A DNA stretch of 52,089 nt. It comes from an archaeon (GTDB lineage: Archaea > Nanobdellota > Nanobdellia > Pacearchaeales > GW2011-AR1). Shown here one piece after another: positions 36,866 through 47,569 of this stretch. Below the pieces are notes generated by a model. That model made no database searches. It worked only from the letters and a program-made list of their open reading frames with translations, and was not told the origin of the DNA. Both the position numbers and the translations under genes were made by a program. Every line of letters begins with the position of its first letter. The first letter of the stretch is position 1. The DNA is taken from positions 1 through 52,089 of the forward strand of contig JAZDPV010000001.1 in the NCBI GenBank assembly GCA_043797265.1, read 5' to 3'.

Positions 36866-37141
36866 TCAAAATAAAAGAGGTTGTGCATTTCTAAATCTAC
36901 TTTGATAAATTGAAAGGTAATTTCTTTCTATAAAATCTTCCTCGACTAAATGACGTAAATCAGAAATCCCTACCTTACTTACTACATCCCAAGCAAAACC
37001 CATAGCATCCCTTCCAGATTTAAACGGTCCATTCTTATCCCGCCCCCACTCATACATACAAAAAAGAGAAGTCCCAATCGCCATCGACGCACAAAGCGCC
37101 GGAGTACCAACATAAAATACAACATCCCCAAAATTTACCAT
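36866..37141 (-). CDS. Hypothetical membrane protein
   Basis: 91-aa ORF with N-terminal hydrophobic segment. Confidence 0.55.
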   Translation of the reverse strand: MVNFGDVVFYVGTPALCASMAIGTSLFCMYEWGRDKNGPFKSGRDAMGFAWDVVSKVGISDLRHLVEEDFIERNYLSIYQSRFRNAQPLLF

Positions 37142-37180
37142 ATTTCTTCAGATAAAATGAGTTTAAAAAATTATATATAC

Positions 37181-38338
37181 TCAACTAATCATCTCAATAA
37201 TCTCATTCTCTTTTAAAAATTCCTCTTCCCCGCTCTCCATATCTTTAACTTTAAACTTCCCCTTCGCAACCTCATCCTTCCCGACAATTACAACCTTACC
37301 AATCCTCTTCGCATTCGCGTACTCCAACGCCTTTCCAACCGACTTGTCCATCAAGACATTAACAGAAATCCCAGCGTCACGAAGTTTCCCTGCCAAATCA
37401 ATAACAGCATCGTCCTCATCAATCGAAATAATCTGGACCTTCGTCACATCGCCCTCGACATCAGACAAACTCACAATCCTCTCCAGCCCAAACGCAAAAC
37501 CAAAACTCTGAACATCATCAATCAAATAAGCCCCGCCTCCGCAAATAGAATCCTTCATCTCACCGCTTCTAATTTCAAAAATCGTCCCGTTATAATACGA
37601 CAATCCCCGCGCCAGCGTCGGCAAAAACTCCAACTTCAACCCATAAGCCCGGCACGCCTTCTTCATCACTTTAATCTCCTCATAAAACTTATACTTCCCA
37701 AAATCGCCTTTCTCAAAAACTTTCAAAATTTTCTCAGCCCCAATTTTTTTCAAATTATCCGCAACCTCTTTCCTCGACAACTTGTCAAACTTATCCAGCT
37801 CCCGAATCACGCGCTCCCTATCTCTCTCGGCAACATTCTCCGAAACCAAAATCTCATTCAACAACTTCCGATTATTAAAATAAATAACACAATCAATCCC
37901 GACCTTGTCCAAAATTCTCTTCGCTAAACTCAAAACCTCAACCTCGTCCTTCATCGAACTCCCGACGACATCAACATCACACTGCACAAATTCCCTAAAC
38001 CTATTGGCACTAACCGGCTCATCCCTAAAAACCCGGCAAATCTCATACCTCTTATACGGCAACTTCTGATTCTGCGCAATCCTCTTCAACTGAAAAGTCG
38101 ACTCATACTTCAACGCCAACTCCCTCTGCCCCCTGTCCTCCAATTTGAAAATCTCCGAAACAGCCTCGTCATTCTCATTCTCGCCACGCACAAACTCCTC
38201 GTATTCGACCGTCGGCGTCTCAGTCGGCTCAAACCCATAAAGCTCAAATTGCTCCCGAATAATCTTCAAAATTTTCGCCCGCTTCATCGCCTCAACCCCG
38301 ACAAAATCCCTGAATCCTTTAACCGTATTTGTTTTCAT
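37181..38338 (-). CDS. hisS: Histidyl-tRNA synthetase
   Basis: VKGFRDF, FRDEP...RFREFVQCDVD, LARGLSYYNGTIFE, GGGAY, GFAFGLER. Confidence 0.96.
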   Translation of the reverse strand: MKTNTVKGFRDFVGVEAMKRAKILKIIREQFELYGFEPTETPTVEYEEFVRGENENDEAVSEIFKLEDRGQRELALKYESTFQLKRIAQNQKLPYKRYEICRVFRDEPVSANRFREFVQCDVDVVGSSMKDEVEVLSLAKRILDKVGIDCVIYFNNRKLLNEILVSENVAERDRERVIRELDKFDKLSRKEVADNLKKIGAEKILKVFEKGDFGKYKFYEEIKVMKKACRAYGLKLEFLPTLARGLSYYNGTIFEIRSGEMKDSICGGGAYLIDDVQSFGFAFGLERIVSLSDVEGDVTKVQIISIDEDDAVIDLAGKLRDAGISVNVLMDKSVGKALEYANAKRIGKVVIVGKDEVAKGKFKVKDMESGEEEFLKENEIIEMIS

Positions 38339-38757
38339 TTTCTCAATCTATTTACTAACGCATCCACCCTCCTCTTGATAGCGCCCAACGTCTTATTAAT
38401 CTTTTCTTTATCATCTCCAAAAACATCAGCGATTCTCCAAACAACAACTTTATCTCGCCAAGCCGGATTATCAAAAATAATTTTAGGAACATCATCTGCA
38501 ACAATAATTATTTCATCCTGCACCTCAAGCAACTTCACATTAATCCCGCGCGACTTTTCACTTAAAGGAATACAAAATTTTTCCAAGATATATTTATTTC
38601 TCCTTTTCTCGTCGGATTTCATTGGAACATTCACTTCAACAATTCCCGCGCTACTAACTTCGATATCCTTATTTTTATTAATAGAATTAAAATAAGCCTC
38701 AGCAAACTTACTTCTAAAACGATTATACTTGCAAATAAAAAGTATTTTTTTCACCAT
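38335..38757 (-). CDS. Low-molecular-weight protein tyrosine phosphatase / ArsC family
   Basis: ILFICKYNRFRS (CX5R), SAG, WRIAD. Confidence 0.88.
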   Translation of the reverse strand: MVKKILFICKYNRFRSKFAEAYFNSINKNKDIEVSSAGIVEVNVPMKSDEKRRNKYILEKFCIPLSEKSRGINVKLLEVQDEIIIVADDVPKIIFDNPAWRDKVVVWRIADVFGDDKEKINKTLGAIKRRVDALVNRLRK

Positions 38758-38792
38758 CTTCCATCAACTATTCTCTCGCAACTTCGTCGCGA

Positions 38793-38864
38793 GGCGGAAG
38801 CCGAGAATCGAACTCGGGCCGTTCGGACCACAACCGAACATTCTGCCATTAAACTACAACCGCC
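38793..38864 (-). tRNA. tRNA-His(GTG) with encoded G-1 and C73
   Basis: Anticodon arm TTCGG-TTGTGGT-CCGAA; T arm CCGAG-TTCGATT-CTCGG; two T:T mismatches in the acceptor stem. Confidence 0.9.
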
Positions 38865-39061
38865 ATTAAGATTTAATTGAAAACCAGATATAAAAAGTTT
38901 GGCATCAAAGTCACGACTAAAAAAATCCCGTCCAATGCCGATAACTCCATGCACCTACCATACAATATCCAAAAATTTAACATACTTAAATCTTCTTATT
39001 AAAAAATTAAAGCCGGCGACCTTCCGCCCGGCGGCTTCAAAAATAAAAATACATAAGGAAT

Positions 39062-39262
39062 TTAAGCCGCCTCTTCAGATTCTTCTTCAGCCGGAGCCTC
39101 AGTCGATTCTTCTTCAGGTTCAGCGTCTACCGATTCCTCAGGTTCTGGAGCCTCTTCTTCAGCCAAAGCATCCTCAGATTCTTCGACCGGAGCCTCTTCA
39201 GTTTCTTCCTCAGAAGCAACTTCTTCAGTTTCTTCCTCGGGAACTACTGTTTTTCTTTTCAT
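39062..39262 (-). CDS. Small Glu-rich low-complexity protein
   Basis: MKRKTVVPEEETEEVASEEE...; followed by a GC-rich inverted repeat at ~39010-39037. Confidence 0.6.
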   Translation of the reverse strand: MKRKTVVPEEETEEVASEEETEEAPVEESEDALAEEEAPEPEESVDAEPEEESTEAPAEEESEEAA

Positions 39263-39459
39263 AAAAAAAGAACACAAAAATTCTTTATAAAGATTTAGGT
39301 GCACTCACAAATAAGAACTAAGAACATTCCCCGTAAAAAAGTTTTCCCGACGGCACCGAATAATTCCCGCACGCCCAAACAAACCCAACAACAAAATCAA
39401 AACCAACACAAAAATTATCTTCTCATGAAATACAAAAATACAATTATTTAAAAATTATC

Positions 39460-39672
39460 ATGTCATACAACATAATGGTCCTCCAATACAAACTCAAATC
39501 ATCAACTCGCTGGAAAGATTACCCCGGCAAAAACAAAATAAAAAAACCGCTAAACAAATACGACTTCCGTCTCCTCAGTGAAGACAAATCAAAAGTCCTC
39601 GCAGAAAAAGGCCCTTACGAAAAAATCATGAAACGTTTTCGTCAAATCGAATTTTTCAAGCATAAAAAATAA
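39460..39672 (+). CDS. Small basic hypothetical protein
   Basis: 70-aa ORF with backbone codon usage. Confidence 0.65.
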   Translation: MSYNIMVLQYKLKSSTRWKDYPGKNKIKKPLNKYDFRLLSEDKSKVLAEKGPYEKIMKRFRQIEFFKHKK

Positions 39673-39707
39673 CAACCCTTAAAAACCAAAATCAACATTC
39701 AAACACA

Positions 39708-39780
39708 GCTCGCGTAGTCTAGTGGCCAAGGACACTGCCCTTTCACGGCAGTAACCCGGGTTCAAATCCCGGCGTGAGCA
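39708..39780 (+). tRNA. tRNA-Glu(TTC)
   Basis: Acceptor GCTCGCG/CGTGAGC; anticodon arm CTGCC-CTTTCAC-GGCAG; T loop TTCAAAT. Confidence 0.96.
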
Positions 39781-39863
39781 TCCGAGTAAAATGTTATCTT
39801 GCAGGGATTTTTTGTATCGTATAAATCCAAGGTCTTTTTTAAAACACCTTGATTAAATACAGC

Positions 39864-41033
39864 ATGAAATTAGATCCATATAATCACAAAGAAAGATACC
39901 TCGAATGGAAAGAGAAAAACAAAAATGGAATCGATAGTTTGAGCGAGTTTAATTCTAAAATGATTTTGGATTATCTGTATGATATGGAGAATGGGCTTAA
40001 TGTGGCAACAGGTAGCAAAAAAGGAGCAAGAAGTTATATTAGATTACATTCAATAAAATTAAGACTTGTATTTTTACTCAGGCAACTTGAGAAAAATTTT
40101 CACACATACAAAATCACGGACATAACAGAGAGGCAGCTTCATAATTTTTTTACCGATATGAGAAACGGCACAATAAAGAAATCGAGGGGGACAGAGTATA
40201 AATCGACGGCCGATTACGTTAAAAACTTCAAAGCGTTTTGGCATTGGCATCAAAAAGTTAATAGAAAAAAGGGAATAGAAATTCAGGATATCACCTCTGA
40301 CTTAGATATAAGTCGTGTAAAACCAGATTGGGTTTATTTAACTGAAGAAGAAATAAAAAATTTATGCAATAAAGCAAAGTATGAGTATAAAGTTTTGATT
40401 ATGTTTTTATTTGATAGCGGGATTAGAGCGCCAACTGAATTAATGAATATTAAAGTTTCAGATTTTTATGATAATTTCAAGGAACTCAATATCAGAGAGG
40501 AAATAAGTAAAACATTTGGAAGAAGAATAAAATTAATGCTTTGTTCCGAATTAATAAAAGATTATATAAAAAATAAGAATTTAAAATTAGAAGATTATGT
40601 TTTCAAAATAAGTCCGCCCTCCGTAAATCAATATTTAAAACGACTTGCAAAAAGAATATTGGGAGATATAACTAGCCCAGCCGGACAAAAATACTCAGAA
40701 CTTACTATGTACGATTTCCGACATTGTTCCTGCTGTTATTGGCTTCCACGTTATAAATCAGAATCGGCCTTAAAATTTAGATTTGGTTGGAAAAAATCCG
40801 ATAAAATCCACTATTATTCTGAGATGTTAGGAATGAAAGACACAATCAGAGAAGAAGATATACTCCTCGACGTCACAAAAACAGAACTTGAAAAACAATT
40901 AATTAAAACTGGAAACGAAAATGAAATGTTAAAAGACAGAGTACAAATTTTGGAAACCCAAATTCAGAGAATTTCACAAATGATTAATTTTTCTATAAAT
41001 ACAGGAAAACAAATTTTAGTTGTAGGACAATAA
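39864..41033 (+). CDS. Tyrosine recombinase / integrase with C-terminal coiled coil
   Basis: DSGIRAPTEL, YDFRH, RFGW, IHYY; adjacent to tRNA; ATG at 39864 assumed. Confidence 0.88.
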   Translation: MKLDPYNHKERYLEWKEKNKNGIDSLSEFNSKMILDYLYDMENGLNVATGSKKGARSYIRLHSIKLRLVFLLRQLEKNFHTYKITDITERQLHNFFTDMRNGTIKKSRGTEYKSTADYVKNFKAFWHWHQKVNRKKGIEIQDITSDLDISRVKPDWVYLTEEEIKNLCNKAKYEYKVLIMFLFDSGIRAPTELMNIKVSDFYDNFKELNIREEISKTFGRRIKLMLCSELIKDYIKNKNLKLEDYVFKISPPSVNQYLKRLAKRILGDITSPAGQKYSELTMYDFRHCSCCYWLPRYKSESALKFRFGWKKSDKIHYYSEMLGMKDTIREEDILLDVTKTELEKQLIKTGNENEMLKDRVQILETQIQRISQMINFSINTGKQILVVGQ

Positions 41034-41038
41034 AAATT

Positions 41039-41686
41039 CTACTGAGTTAAATTAATTCTTTCCCTCGCCATTTTCACCCACTTTTTATCCAACTCAATTC
41101 CAATCCAGTTTCTTTTTGTTTGTTGACATGCAACACAAACAGAACCGCTTCCGCAAAATGGATCAAGAATTAAATCACCTTCTTTGGAACTATGTTCAAT
41201 CATTTTTATTATTAGATCAATCGGCTTTTCATGAGGATGAGTTTGCAAATTATGATTAATATGATTTGCATTTTGCACATCGGCAAAATTCCTTAAATTA
41301 TATTTTGGCTTCCCTTTCTCCAAAACAAGAATTAATTCATACTGATGACGAAAAGCCCAACCCAACCCAAATCCATGTTTTTTCCAAACGATAAGATGCC
41401 TAATTCTAAAAACAGTATACCTCAAAATAAATTCTGTTAAAAATGGATAATGTTTCCAGTTTGTAAATAAATAAAGTGAACTATTCCTTTTTAATATTCG
41501 ATAAAATTCAACCAAAGCCGAACAATTTATTAATGGATTTTCATTATTGATTATTGTTTTATTGGTCGTGCCATAAGCAACATTATCGCCGTAAGGTGGA
41601 TCGGTAATAATTAAGTCAATGCAATTTTTTGGAAGCCCCTTCAGGATTTTTATACAATCCCCTTCGATAATTTTATTTGTTTCCAT
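41039..41686 (-). CDS. DNA methyltransferase, N6/N4 beta class
   Basis: TDPPY followed by HPHEKP and DPFCGSGS. Confidence 0.93.
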   Translation of the reverse strand: METNKIIEGDCIKILKGLPKNCIDLIITDPPYGDNVAYGTTNKTIINNENPLINCSALVEFYRILKRNSSLYLFTNWKHYPFLTEFILRYTVFRIRHLIVWKKHGFGLGWAFRHQYELILVLEKGKPKYNLRNFADVQNANHINHNLQTHPHEKPIDLIIKMIEHSSKEGDLILDPFCGSGSVCVACQQTKRNWIGIELDKKWVKMARERINLTQ

Positions 41687-41858
41687 TTTTCATAAGAATT
41701 TTTCCAATCATAAACTCAATTCTATCTAATTGAAGAGAATTTTGCAATTTTAGTCTGCAAAATTCTGAAAGTGTCAGCATTCTTTTTTTGGCTTCGTTTT
41801 TAAGATGATAAAGAAATTCGGTTTCAACAACTATGTGAATATGTGAATTTTTGCCCAT
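41673..41858 (-). CDS. Small ribbon-helix-helix-like (MobC/CopG-like) protein
   Basis: SHIHIVVE...LKNEAKKRMLTLSEFCR. Confidence 0.6.
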   Translation of the reverse strand: MGKNSHIHIVVETEFLYHLKNEAKKRMLTLSEFCRLKLQNSLQLDRIEFMIGKILMKNGNK

Positions 41859-42065
41859 TTTGTCTTTCTTCCAAAATCCTTTCAAGAATGTAATTTAATT
41901 CTTTTAATTTTGAAATTATTTCCTCACCAATATCGTAAGAGATTTTTTCTTCCATAGAAAATTTATAAAATCAATCCTTATAATAAATCGGAAAATTTTT
42001 TTGGGTAAAAAATTGTATCATTTTTTTCTCCGAGTTAATTTATAAGGCGTCCATCTCGACAAATC

Positions 42066-43154
42066 ATGAAGAAAATTATTATCGAATCTGATAAAATTTA
42101 TTGCGGAGATTCTCTTAATCTTTTAAAAGAAATTCCAGATAAATTTGTAAATTGCGTTGTGACTTCCCCGCCCTATTGGGCATTGAGAGATTATAAAACA
42201 AAAGGGCAAATCGGGCTTGAAGAAAATTTCAATAATTATATTGAAAAATTATGCAACATATTCGACGAAGTCAAAAGAGTTCTGAAAGACGAGGGCACTT
42301 GCTGGGTGAACATAGGAGATACCTATTATACAAAATCGGGAAGCTCCTTCTTAAACGACAATATAGTTTCAAATAAAAAAATAAGATCAACCGGAATCAA
42401 CAAGGCCAATCTCATAAGAGGAAATGGATTAATCAAAAGTAAAAATCTCACCCTAACTCCCTTTAGATTTGCAATTGAAATGCAGAAACGAGGCTGGATA
42501 ATTAGAAATGTAATAATCTGGCACAAGCCAAATTGTATGCCAACTTCTGTAAAAGATAGATTCACGGTTGATTTCGAATATTTATTTTTCTTCGTAAAAT
42601 CTAAAAAATATTATTTTGAACAACAACGAGAACCCCATAAAAAAACAAGTATTCAGAGAACAAAATATAAATGGAATGGACACCGGGAACCGGGAAGTAG
42701 TTTTGCGGGAATGGACATCAAAAAAATGTGCTACCCCGACGGAAGAAATAAAAGGTGCGTATGGAATATTTCAACCGGTTCATACAGGGGCGCTCATTTT
42801 GCAGTTTATCCCGAGAAGTTAATCGAAATTCCAATAAGCGCAGGATGCCCTCCCGAAGGAATTGTTTTAGATCCCTTTATGGGAAGCGGAACTACCGGAG
42901 TAGTTGCCAAAAAATTAGGAAGAAATTATCTTGGATTTGATATAAATAAAAAATATTGCAGAATAGCAGAAAAAAGAATTAATTCTGAAAAAATAAAATC
43001 AGAGACATGCTACATTTGCGGGAACACCATTAAAGAAAACGAAATCTGTCAAACCTGCTTCGACTTTTTCAAACAAAAATATCCTAATGAAAAAAAATTC
43101 AAACAAATTTTACAATGGCACAAAAACCATACCCAACTAAACAAAAAATGCTGA
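42066..43154 (+). CDS. DNA methyltransferase, N4-C/N6 beta class, with C-terminal CxxC-CxxC extension
   Basis: TSPPYW, HFAVYP, DPFMGSGTT; tail CYIC...CQTC. Confidence 0.92.
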   Translation: MKKIIIESDKIYCGDSLNLLKEIPDKFVNCVVTSPPYWALRDYKTKGQIGLEENFNNYIEKLCNIFDEVKRVLKDEGTCWVNIGDTYYTKSGSSFLNDNIVSNKKIRSTGINKANLIRGNGLIKSKNLTLTPFRFAIEMQKRGWIIRNVIIWHKPNCMPTSVKDRFTVDFEYLFFFVKSKKYYFEQQREPHKKTSIQRTKYKWNGHREPGSSFAGMDIKKMCYPDGRNKRCVWNISTGSYRGAHFAVYPEKLIEIPISAGCPPEGIVLDPFMGSGTTGVVAKKLGRNYLGFDINKKYCRIAEKRINSEKIKSETCYICGNTIKENEICQTCFDFFKQKYPNEKKFKQILQWHKNHTQLNKKC

Positions 43155-43456
43155 AAATCCTTCCGCTTGCAATTTTCGTGTTGCTCGTGTTAACACAGAT
43201 TGGAATAGTTGTTGCAGCAGATGAATCTGACTTTGAACAGATTTTAATGCCCTTGACAACGGTTTACAATCTTGTGAAATATGCAGCAACGATAATTGCA
43301 GGATTAGTGATGCTCTTCGCAGGAATCACTTACATCTCAAGCGGTTCAAATCCCGGCAAACGAGAGAAAGCCAAGAACATGGTGATGTATGTCATTGTGG
43401 GTCTGATTGTAATATGGGCAGCACCTTTCGTCGTAGATTTGATATTGGGGGGATAA
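43148..43456 (+). CDS. TrbC/VirB2-like pilin
   Basis: Signal peptide plus two TM helices flanking YISSGSNPGKREKAKNM; internal ATG (MLKILP) assumed as start. Confidence 0.8.
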   Translation: MLKILPLAIFVLLVLTQIGIVVAADESDFEQILMPLTTVYNLVKYAATIIAGLVMLFAGITYISSGSNPGKREKAKNMVMYVIVGLIVIWAAPFVVDLILGG

Positions 43457-43468
43457 GCAAAAATACAA

Positions 43469-43840
43469 ATGAAAAATTTGTTTGTTTTTTTAGCGGTTGC
43501 TTTAGCTCTGCCTTTAGCAACCGCCTTCAATTGCACCGCTCTCGACGGCGAAAATAAAAAGGTTTGCAACTATATAGAAAGCACCGACTGGCCCCAGTCT
43601 GAAAAAGATTTTATTATCAAAGATATGATTAATTCTGGAGGCTCCCTTAATGGAAATTTTGAATCTATTTTAAACAAACCCGTAGAAAATACGATTCAAC
43701 TAAATAAACTTGAAGAAGTAGATTTAAAGATTAGCGACGAGAACAAGAAGTTTTTAATAGATTTTTCCTCAATCTCAATCTTTGGATATGTTATCTACGC
43801 CTTTCTTAAAAAATATTATCTTCTGCTCAGATTTATATGA
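43469..43840 (+). CDS. Exported protein with C-terminal TM
   Basis: Signal peptide, Cys pair, hydrophobic C-terminus; lies in the T4SS-like operon. Confidence 0.75.
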   Translation: MKNLFVFLAVALALPLATAFNCTALDGENKKVCNYIESTDWPQSEKDFIIKDMINSGGSLNGNFESILNKPVENTIQLNKLEEVDLKISDENKKFLIDFSSISIFGYVIYAFLKKYYLLLRFI

Positions 43841-44664
43841 GTTCTTGCGGAATTACTAATCTGGGAACTTGTTTAGTCGAAAAATTATTTGATTTTATAA
43901 TTTATATTTTAAATCTTCCCGTCAAACCTCTTTTGGCCCTCATTAATAATCTTATGATTGAACCGGTAAATATTCAAATTTTTGTCGGGACATGGTCAAT
44001 AATAATTTACATGCTTTCCTTATTTTATGGCATACTTCTTTTAATTACAGGATTTAGATTTTTAGTTTCAGGATATTCCCCAGAACAACGAGAGAAAGCC
44101 AAGAAAAGTCTTGCAGATATTTTAATCATGATGGTTTTAGTTCAAACAAGTTTCTTTCTTTATTCGCTGGTTTTAGAAATTGTAGCGTCGATGACCGCAG
44201 TAGTTTATGGTTCAATTCCTGCAAATTTTTTCTTAGCAACTTCAGACGGCTTTGTTAATATTGGATTGGAATTAGTGATGATGGTCCCTTATGTCGCAAC
44301 ACTTTTAATAACTTTAATTTTCTTGGCATTAAGATATATTTGCGTTGGCGTTGGCGTTGTTTTCTGCGCTATTGGAATTTTCTTTTATTTTTTCGAGCCA
44401 TTACAATCTTACGGAAAATTAATCTTAAATTATTTAGGGGTTTTAATCTCCCTGCCGTTTTTCTACTCAATTATACTTTTGGCTTCTTCTAAATTTTTAG
44501 AAACAGAAACTTTCTCCGGTCTAAAAATTCTGGTGATGATTGGAGGATTTAGTCTCGTCAATCTCTTTACTTTATTTATAGCATTGTTTGTAATTTTCAA
44601 AGCAGCCAACGCCGTAGCAACACCAGTAAAACAAGTCGTGACTCTCGTCGGCGCAGGAGATTAA
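43837..44664 (+). CDS. Polytopic membrane protein, VirB6-like
   Basis: About 6 TM helices; lies between pilin and VirB4; contains pilin-like SGYSPEQREKAKK. Confidence 0.65.
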   Translation: MSSCGITNLGTCLVEKLFDFIIYILNLPVKPLLALINNLMIEPVNIQIFVGTWSIIIYMLSLFYGILLLITGFRFLVSGYSPEQREKAKKSLADILIMMVLVQTSFFLYSLVLEIVASMTAVVYGSIPANFFLATSDGFVNIGLELVMMVPYVATLLITLIFLALRYICVGVGVVFCAIGIFFYFFEPLQSYGKLILNYLGVLISLPFFYSIILLASSKFLETETFSGLKILVMIGGFSLVNLFTLFIALFVIFKAANAVATPVKQVVTLVGAGD

Positions 44665-44665
44665 A

Positions 44666-47569
44666 ATGTACGAAATACCGCAACAGCTCGAGTATAAATA
44701 AAAAATTGTCTTCGACCTAACTTTTCCCCAGTTGGCCTACGCTCTTATTTTTTTCCCGATTATTTTTTCTTTGTTGTTCAAGATTAATGCAAACATTTAT
44801 GTCAGAGTTTTTTTAGCATCAATTCCCACACTTTTAGCGTCGGGGTTTATGTTTTTTGATTTGTCAACTCACTTAAAAAATTGGTATACTTGGTTTAAAC
44901 TGAGAGAATTAAAAGAACCCGAGAAAATTAAATCTATTTTAGAAATTGGAGAAATAAAAGATAATTTTATTTATTGCAAAAATAAAAAAATTGCCGTCTT
45001 AAAAGTTGATTCAATCAATTTCGGAATAAAACCGCAAAAAGAACAAGAGACCATCATGCTTTCTTTTCAAAAATTTCTTAACTCAATTGATTTTCCCATT
45101 CAAATTTTAATGACGACGGAAACACTCGATTTAGAAATTTATCTAAAAGGTCTCAAAGAAAAAGCGACCGAAAAAAAGAATAAAGAAATTTTTGATTCTT
45201 ATCGTACCCACATGAAAGATTTGATTGAGAAAAATAGCGCAATGAATAGAAATTTTTACGTTGTGATCCCAGAGTCGACAGACATCGGAATTCAAATAAA
45301 ATTATGCGAAGAAAGGCTTCACAGTTTAAATCTTAAAACATGCAGATTAAATAATTTCCAATTAAGCGAAATATTTTTTAAAATTTTTAATTCAAAAAAC
45401 CCCTTGCCCAACTTGATAAAAAATTCTCCGGACTTTCTCGAAATCGACGGGAAATTCCATAAAATTATTTATGCTCATGGTTATCCTCGTTCCGTCGATA
45501 AAGGCTTTCTTGATAAACTCGTCAGCTGTTCAGGAAACTTTGATTTTTCCTTACATATTAATCCCCAACAAATAGAACAAACTTTAATTTTACTAAATAG
45601 AGAATTGCAAAAACAAAGAGCCGACCTTTACTCAACAAAATTAAAAAATCAATTTAATCCAAGCCTTGAAATAAAATATAAAGATACTAAAGGGGTTCTT
45701 GAAAGTTTACAAAAAGGCAAAGAAAAACTTTTTAATATCGGGCTTTACATTAATTGCAGAGCAGATAGCCTCGATGGGCTTAGACTTCTAACTAAAAAAA
45801 TAGAATCGGAATTAAATTCTTTGCTTATAATTCCACGACAGCCAAACTTCAGGATGATTCAAGGATTTAAATCCTGCCTGCCTTTAGCCAAAGATTATTT
45901 AGGCACCACGAGAAATATAACAACATCGGCACTTTCGGCGTTTTTCCCATTTACTTCCCCATTCTTCAAATTTGACGAGACAGGAATTTGGTTCGGATTG
46001 AATAAAAATCATATCCCTATAATTCGGGATATTTTTAAATTATCTAATTCAAACGGGATGTGTCTGGCAAGTTCAGGAGCAGGAAAGAGTTATATGACGA
46101 AACTTTTCATAACAAGACACTTGCTCAATGGCACAAAAGTCATCGTGATTGATCCTCAAAGCGAATATAAGGGGTTAGTTAAAAAATTTGAAGGGCAAAG
46201 AATTAATTTGTCCCGAACTTCCGATACGATAATTAATCCTCTTGACTTAATGGGGCACGATTATGCCGAAAAGAGACTTTCGTTGATGGACTTAATGCCC
46301 GTGATGTTAGGGCAGTTGACCGAACCGCAGAAATCATTTATTGATCAGGCCTTAACGGAGGCTTACGAGCGGAAGGGAATTTATATGAACGATAACGAGA
46401 GTTGGGGCAACGAACCGCCGATTTTAGGCGACGTGTTAAAAGTTTTGGAAAGAATGGAGAAGATGGCTATTAACCTCGAGAAAACGACGCTACGAAGCCT
46501 GATAAACCGTTTGCGACTATATGTCGACGGAGTTTTCTCGTTTCTAAATCGGCACACCAATATTAATTTCGGGAATAAATTTGTCTGCTTTGATATCGGG
46601 AACATGCCCAAACAGGTTAAACCGACCATTATGTTTTTGGTTCTTGATTATGTCTATATGAAAATGAAAAGGGATATCGAGAGAAAACTTTTGGTGGTTG
46701 ACGAGGCATGGACTTTACTTTCACGAGCCGAAGAGGCGTCTTATATTTTTGAAATTGTCAAAACTTGCCGTAAATTTAACATGGGACTTTTTCTAATTAA
46801 TCAGGAAGTTGAAGGGATGATTAATTCTCAGGCAGGACGATCCGCCCTTGCAAATTCTTCTTATACAATTCTCCTCAGACAAAAACCCGCAGTAATCGAA
46901 GGCATTCAAAAAACATTTCATTTAAGCAATGTCGAAAGAATCGCATTACTTACTGCAGGAGTCGGCGAAGGCATACTTTTAATGGAAGACGAACACTCGG
47001 AAATAAAAATTGTCGCCTCAAAAGAAGAGCACAAATATATAACAACCAACGCAGACGAACTCCTCAAAGAAGAATCCCAAGACATCGAAGGCAAGAGCGT
47101 AAACATTAAAGTTGACGAAACAAAAAGAATTCATCTATCAAAAAATTTAACAAAAAGCGAAAAGGATTATTTAATTAAGAAAGAATTTCGGGAAGAATTC
47201 TTCAAAAGTATTTCTTCAAACAAAAAAGAAAAATATTTTATCAAACCAAGATTCAACGAAACCCCAAACCACCTTTTTGTAATTTACGACATTAAAAACT
47301 ATCTTGAAAGAAAAGGAATTCAGGTTGAACTTTATGCAACAAAAAAGCCGGACATTGTTTTTAGTTTGAATAACAAAAAATATGCGATTGAAGTTGAAAC
47401 CGGAGCGGGCTTAAGTAAGATTAGTCGGATGGAAGAAAAACTAAAAGTACTAAAAAATTATGATGAATGGTTTTTTGTTGTGACTGATAGAAATAAAGTC
47501 AAAGCTTATAAAAAGTTTGGAAAGTCAGTAGATTTAAGATATTTGAAACAACGACTTTCTAAGTTCTGA
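44666..47569 (+). CDS. virB4: PrgI/VirB3-VirB4 ATPase fusion with C-terminal PD-(D/E)xK-like domain; in-frame TAA at codon 12
   Basis: Walker A ASSGAGKS, IDPQSEY, INPLD, Walker B VVDEAW, RKFN; ATG 44666 is in frame with ORF 44732, interrupted by TAA 44699-44701. Confidence 0.88.

Noticed and set aside
36831-37166. Possible degenerate duplication of the scpA 3' end flanking the 91-aa ORF (CAAATAAAACGAGAATAA vs CAGATAAAATGAGTTTAA)
   Set aside because: Only 14 of 18 matches in very A-rich sequence; could be chance
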